Below are positions 60,901-64,000 of a stretch of DNA of 64,000 nt, one piece after another. Made by a program: the position numbers and the translations under genes. The notes under the pieces were generated by a model. It did no database searches and was not told where the DNA came from. It was given only the letters and a program-made list of their open reading frames with translations. This DNA is from an uncultured Chloroflexia bacterium (GTDB lineage: Bacteria > Chloroflexota > Chloroflexia > QHBQ01 > JADMIH01), in the NCBI GenBank assembly GCA_963797095.1, contig CAWCNY010000003.1, positions 768,001 through 832,000 of the forward strand, in the 5' to 3' direction. Position 1 is the stretch's first letter. Every line of letters begins with the position of its first letter.

Positions 60901-61294
60901 GCGAGCAGGGGATGCATACCTCAAGGCGGCGGTGGGTGTGGCGGTTGCAGGCCTCGAAGAGGGCAGTAAAAGTTGCTAAATCCACCAGGGAGTCGCCTGC
61001 GGGGTTGAACCGGACCGACTCCCGCGTGACTAGCAGGAAGGGCGGTTCGGCGCTTGCGTCGTGGATCGTGCGGCGCAGATTGGAGAGAGCCTGGCGCAGA
61101 TTGGCGCGAGCTACCTCCTCAGGCTGGTGGGGCCAGAGCAACCCGGTGAGCAGATCCCGGTTGTGCGGGCGCTCCGGTTGCGCAGCCAGGTAAGCGAGCA
61201 AGGCGCGCACTTTAGACGATTCAAAGCCCGTTACAGGCCGCCCGTCCACCACTACCTCAAGCGCACCCAGAAGCGATACTTGCAGACGTGTCAT
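57998..61294 (-). CDS. SARP/AfsR-type regulator (wHTH + BTAD + STAND ATPase + TPR)
   Basis: LQVSLLG..KVRALLAYLA..LLWP..NLRQALSNLRR; LYRGPFLDG; DPWREEAHRQVM; GQGGSGKT; LLVLDNLEHL; GLPLAVELAA; TPRs. Confidence 0.93.
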   Translation of the reverse strand: MTRLQVSLLGALEVVVDGRPVTGFESSKVRALLAYLAAQPERPHNRDLLTGLLWPHQPEEVARANLRQALSNLRRTIHDASAEPPFLLVTRESVRFNPAGDSLVDLATFTALFEACNRHTHRRLEVCIPCSQRLRQAVELYRGPFLDGLFVQESVAFEEWMLLQRDELQRQVLQALYQLAAYYERRGAYDEAHSYAWRQLEIDPWREEAHRQVMRLLVLRGERSAALAQYETCRRLLREGLGVEPTEETTELYERIRASERSDMEGSGSGYGYVGSSGSSLEGRLVLPSLHPHNLPLQPTPFVGREHELVELAQLIERPECRLISLTGQGGSGKTRLALQAATEQIGAFADGVYFVSLAPVRSGEFLASTIGSAIGLSFSSHKDEQSQLLDELSDKEVLLVLDNLEHLSDATGLLAAILNRAPGVKIIATTRERMNLQGEWVLAVSGLPYPEEAMFGDLGSYAAVQLFTQSARRLDSSFVLDEEDKRAVVRICRLLGGLPLAVELAAAWTPTLSCDEIAQEITRNLDFLTTHLRDVPERHRSMRAVFDYSWNLLSEEERLICAGLSIFQGGFRREAAEQAMGATLPVLSSLIAKSWLHRGPPGRYQMHELLRQYAYTGLGEVPGAAALAQDRHADYYADFVQRREERLRGKEQLSAIEEITADIDNVRQAWRWSIEQKKIETIDRLIDGLWIYYESRGLLHEADESFGRAVSVLSFGTETGTEEIEDKEQVLVLGKVLARHGAISGSRLGRTIKGRHLLERSITLLSRIGAHREIAFSLNLLGTVARLQSEYEQARGFLERSLALFREAGDRWGTAYSLSDLGNVAYLLGEYKGAKQLHEESLHISREAGDRRAMIFCLNDMASVAIALGEYADAGRYCEEVLAISREIGHRWGRANALHQMGTIALYSGHYPQAQSLLEESLDAFKEIGDRQHMALPLQQLGYLAFSRGNYSLAQRLLREVLVLCEETSYRRGMAAALNTLGRVAQALGEGQAALSHLHRALGIAMGIEAWPVALDILASTAETQVGEGQPEQGREILSLVAEHPAANKQTRDRVREIEEMMTADPSRQPIAASSKRQTRTLEQIVEEVLSAGVQEA

Positions 61295-61405
61295 AAGCCC
61301 TCACACCTACGACCATATATTGACGGCTCATGCAGGTCATTTAGCCTAACTTGCTTATCCGGCATATCCAACACGGTTTGTTAGCCAGTATACACCTCTA
61401 CGGAG

Positions 61406-61450
61406 TCCTTGCATACTCCTTACGCTCTCCTGACGTTCGTGCGCTAGATT
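61406..61450 (+). promoter_or_regulatory. SARP-type direct-repeat boxes upstream of a -10
   Basis: TCCTTGC (61406), TCCTTAC (61417), TCCTGAC (61428) at exact 11-bp spacing; TAGATT at 61445. Confidence 0.65.
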
Positions 61451-61531
61451 GGCATCAACCCGGCGCCCACACGGGCTACACGAGGCAACGAGCCCGGCAT
61501 GAGTGCCATCCGGCTACAAAAGGAGGGATCT

Positions 61532-62416
61532 ATGTATGTTCACGGCGCAGTTGCAGAAAAGAACGATAGAGTAGCGCCACCCGCCACAAGCACCGCTATA
61601 GCCTCGATAACGGATGCCGCGAGCAGGGAGCGGGCTGCCCGCCTCGTCAAGAATGGCGCTGCCGTGGCTGCGTTCGTGCGCAGCGTGTGGGTGCTCTGGA
61701 TAGACCCGGCCAACCATGAGGCGGTCGAAACGATCTACAGGATAAAGGGGGAGAAGCGCACCGGCAGGCCGATGGCCACCGCGTTGGGGGCCGAAACCTT
61801 TGTCGAGCTGCTCGACCCCGACAGGATAGCTCCCGGCGTGCGGAAGATATTCCTCGACCCGGAGGAGCTAAAGCTGCGGCTGAGCATGCTCTGTCTTATC
61901 AGGGCACCCATCAAGCGATCCGCCGTGGAGATGCTGCCTCCCATCATAGTCTCACATACGCCTGATGGCACAGCCTGGCTTCAGAACTGCGTGACAACCG
62001 GCCCCGCGCCTGCCGTTCGTCTGGCCGAATCGATCCTGGGCCAGGGGGTCGCCTTCCCATCGGTCACGTCCATGAACGTCAGCGGCCTCCCTGAGATCGT
62101 GCAGCAGGACGAGGCAGAAGCCTTCTGCCGGGAGCGCCGGGTTCCGCTCGCCCTCATCGACCCTGGCGACAAGCCTCTGGTGCGCGGTTCGTTCCCGATC
62201 ATCGGGGTAAACAAGCAAGGCGTGAGGCTGATACGAAATGGGCACTTCCCCGGCTACCTCTTCCGCTACCTGCTGGACGGCGCGGAAGTCGAGTTGGACG
62301 GAGCGGCGCTCGCGAAATTCCCATTGGTGAGAACCCACAGCGAGGAGGAAGCATCCGGCACCGGCGCAACCAGGCTACGCGAAGAGATCATAGCCCGGTT
62401 ATCCGGGCGTAATTAG
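61532..62416 (+). CDS. YrdC/Sua5 (TsaC)-like domain protein, divergent
   Basis: AARLVKNG..DPANHEAVETIYRIKGEKR..RPM (compare IyxxKgR) and VTSMNVSG (compare TSANxSG); SD AGGAGG before 61532. Confidence 0.65.
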   Translation: MYVHGAVAEKNDRVAPPATSTAIASITDAASRERAARLVKNGAAVAAFVRSVWVLWIDPANHEAVETIYRIKGEKRTGRPMATALGAETFVELLDPDRIAPGVRKIFLDPEELKLRLSMLCLIRAPIKRSAVEMLPPIIVSHTPDGTAWLQNCVTTGPAPAVRLAESILGQGVAFPSVTSMNVSGLPEIVQQDEAEAFCRERRVPLALIDPGDKPLVRGSFPIIGVNKQGVRLIRNGHFPGYLFRYLLDGAEVELDGAALAKFPLVRTHSEEEASGTGATRLREEIIARLSGRN

Positions 62417-62433
62417 TCGAATAGGAGAAGATA

Positions 62434-63846
62434 ATGGCAGTAATAAGCAGACAAATGAAAGGGCAAAGCCAGCTAAGCGACGCGGCAATCCAGGACCTCA
62501 AGATCCGGTTGCGCGGTCAGTTGATCGGGCCGGACGACCCGGAGTATGACGCCGCACGCCGCATCTACAACGCCATGATCGACAAATATCCGCGCCTGAT
62601 CGCCCGCTGTCAGGACGTGGCTGATGTTGTCGCCGCCGTCAACTTCGGTCGCGACAACCGGCTCCCCATCGCCATCCGGGGCGGCGGCCACAACGGCCCC
62701 GGCCTGGCTCTCGTAGACGATGGGCTGGTGATCGACCTCTCGAACATGAAGGGGATTTACGTCGATCAAGCGGAGCGCGTCGTGCGCGTTGAAGGCGGCT
62801 GCCTGTGGGGCGATGTCGATCACGCCACCCACCCGTTCGGCATGGCGGTGCCGAGCGGCTTCATCTCCACCACAGGCGTGGGCGGCCTCACCCTCGGCGG
62901 TGGAGTCGGCTACCTCACACGCAAGTATGGCCTCACTATCGACAACCTGCTGGCGGTCGATATAGTACTGGCCGATGGGCGGATCGTGACCGCCAGCGCC
63001 AATGAAAACGCCGACCTCTTCTGGGCCGTGCGCGGTGGAGGAGGCAACTTCGGGGTTGTCGCCTCCTTCCTCTTCAGGCTGAGCCCCGTCAGCATGGTTT
63101 ACGGTGGTCCCATATTCTGGCCGCTGGAGAAAGCGGACATCGTCATGAGGCGCTGGCGCGATCTCATCATGTCCGCACCGGGGGAGCTTAACGGCTGGTT
63201 CGGCTTCCACTATGTGCCGCCTGTGCCGATGTTCCCCCAGGAACACCATTTCAAGAAGGTGTGTATAGTCTCCTGGTGCTATACAGGCGATATGGACCGC
63301 GCGGAGGAGGTTTTCAAGCCGATCCGCGAGTTCGAGACGCCGCTCATGGACTTCGCGGGGCCCATCCCCTGGCCTGCGCTCCAGAGCCTGTACGACGCGC
63401 TCTACCCGGCGGGCTTGCAGTGGTACTGGCGCACCGACTTCGTCAATGAGCTGAGCGATCAGGCCATTGAGACGCATCTGAAGTACGCGGACCAGTTGCC
63501 GACCGGGCACTCGACCATGCACCTCTATCCGATCAACGGGGCTGCACACCAGGTCGGGCCGGATCAGACGGCGTGGAGCTACAGGGATGCGAACTTCGTA
63601 GAGGTGATCGTGGGGGTTGACCCCGACCCTGCCAACAATAGTCGCATGACTCAGTGGGCCAGGGATTACTGGGACGCCCTGCACCCCTACTCGGCGGGCG
63701 GGGCCTACGTGAACATGATGATGGATGAAGGCGAGGAGCGAGTGAAGGCGGCTTATCGCGACAATTACGGGCGGCTGGTCGAGGTCAAGAACAAATACGA
63801 CCCGTCCAACCTGTTCCACGTGAACCAGAACATCAAGCCGTCCTGA
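62434..63846 (+). CDS. FAD-binding oxidoreductase (FAD_binding_4 + BBE domain)
   Basis: IRGGGHNGPG (covalent-FAD His), GGLTLGGG, DLFWAVRGGGGNFGVV, YVN..NYGRLVEVKNKYDPSNLF. Confidence 0.93.
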   Translation: MAVISRQMKGQSQLSDAAIQDLKIRLRGQLIGPDDPEYDAARRIYNAMIDKYPRLIARCQDVADVVAAVNFGRDNRLPIAIRGGGHNGPGLALVDDGLVIDLSNMKGIYVDQAERVVRVEGGCLWGDVDHATHPFGMAVPSGFISTTGVGGLTLGGGVGYLTRKYGLTIDNLLAVDIVLADGRIVTASANENADLFWAVRGGGGNFGVVASFLFRLSPVSMVYGGPIFWPLEKADIVMRRWRDLIMSAPGELNGWFGFHYVPPVPMFPQEHHFKKVCIVSWCYTGDMDRAEEVFKPIREFETPLMDFAGPIPWPALQSLYDALYPAGLQWYWRTDFVNELSDQAIETHLKYADQLPTGHSTMHLYPINGAAHQVGPDQTAWSYRDANFVEVIVGVDPDPANNSRMTQWARDYWDALHPYSAGGAYVNMMMDEGEERVKAAYRDNYGRLVEVKNKYDPSNLFHVNQNIKPS

Positions 63847-63869
63847 GGCCAGGAAGCGAATAGAGCAGG

Positions 63870-64000
63870 TTAGCTACCTTTCCGGCTCAAGTGGCCGCCG
63901 CCGCGCCCGTGGCGTGCGGCCACAACCTCGGCCATGATGGCGAGGGCGATCTCGGCGGGTGTCTGCGCGCCTATGTCCAGTCCGATAGGCGCGTGGACCC
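63870..64000 (-). CDS. xdhC: XdhC/CoxI family protein, C-terminal end only (partial)
   Basis: Manual translation [35 protein letters not shown], stop at 63870. Confidence 0.85.
   Translation of the reverse strand, partial: VHAPIGLDIGAQTPAEIALAIMAEVVAARHGRGGGHLSRKGS

Noticed and set aside
62473-63819. 448-aa antisense ORF
   Set aside because: Shadow of the clearly identifiable FAD oxidoreductase in GC-rich DNA

Overview
GC-rich bacterial accessory/chromosomal region, most consistent with a Chloroflexota (Chloroflexia-like) genome. The lineage call is an inference from the Cys-containing C-terminal SLH domains after long Pro/Thr linkers, three STAND-NTPase/TPR regulators, and an RND transporter with no MFP or outer-membrane partner. 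Contents in order: an IS6 remnant; a TetR-ABC(LolD/FtsX-like) operon; decayed IS6, rve and other transposases around a CPBP protease; DUF4386, F420-nitroreductase and SRPBCC genes; a split adenylate-cyclase/STAND/TPR pair; an XRE-STAND-TPR regulator divergent from a small ORF and a 1906-aa SLH surface protein; two collapsed pseudogenes; fabF; an orphan polymorphic toxin (eCIS-effector-like QR motifs, GH-E-like nuclease tip) with a SMI1/KNR4 immunity gene; a copper operon (His-rich polyproline leader, LPXTG-CopC, frameshifted CopC-CopD-YtkA); Fic-HTH; MarR/MFS/RND efflux; a methyltransferase; a 1769-aa SLH protein; small redox/hydrolase genes; a hydrolase-glycosyltransferase fusion; a SARP-STAND-TPR regulator facing a YrdC-like gene and an FAD oxidase; and the 3' end of xdhC. 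Most notable: (1) a 24-bp GTAG-containing palindromic unit that appears to have inserted in frame at GCAGC sites four times within 4.7 kb, including inside the toxin and immunity genes; (2) the toxin-immunity pair; (3) a candidate ribosome-stalling copper leader; (4) SARP-type 11-bp-periodic boxes before a YrdC paralog and an FAD oxidase. No rRNA, tRNA or CRISPR array was recognised. All family calls come from motif recognition by eye; no database searches were run.
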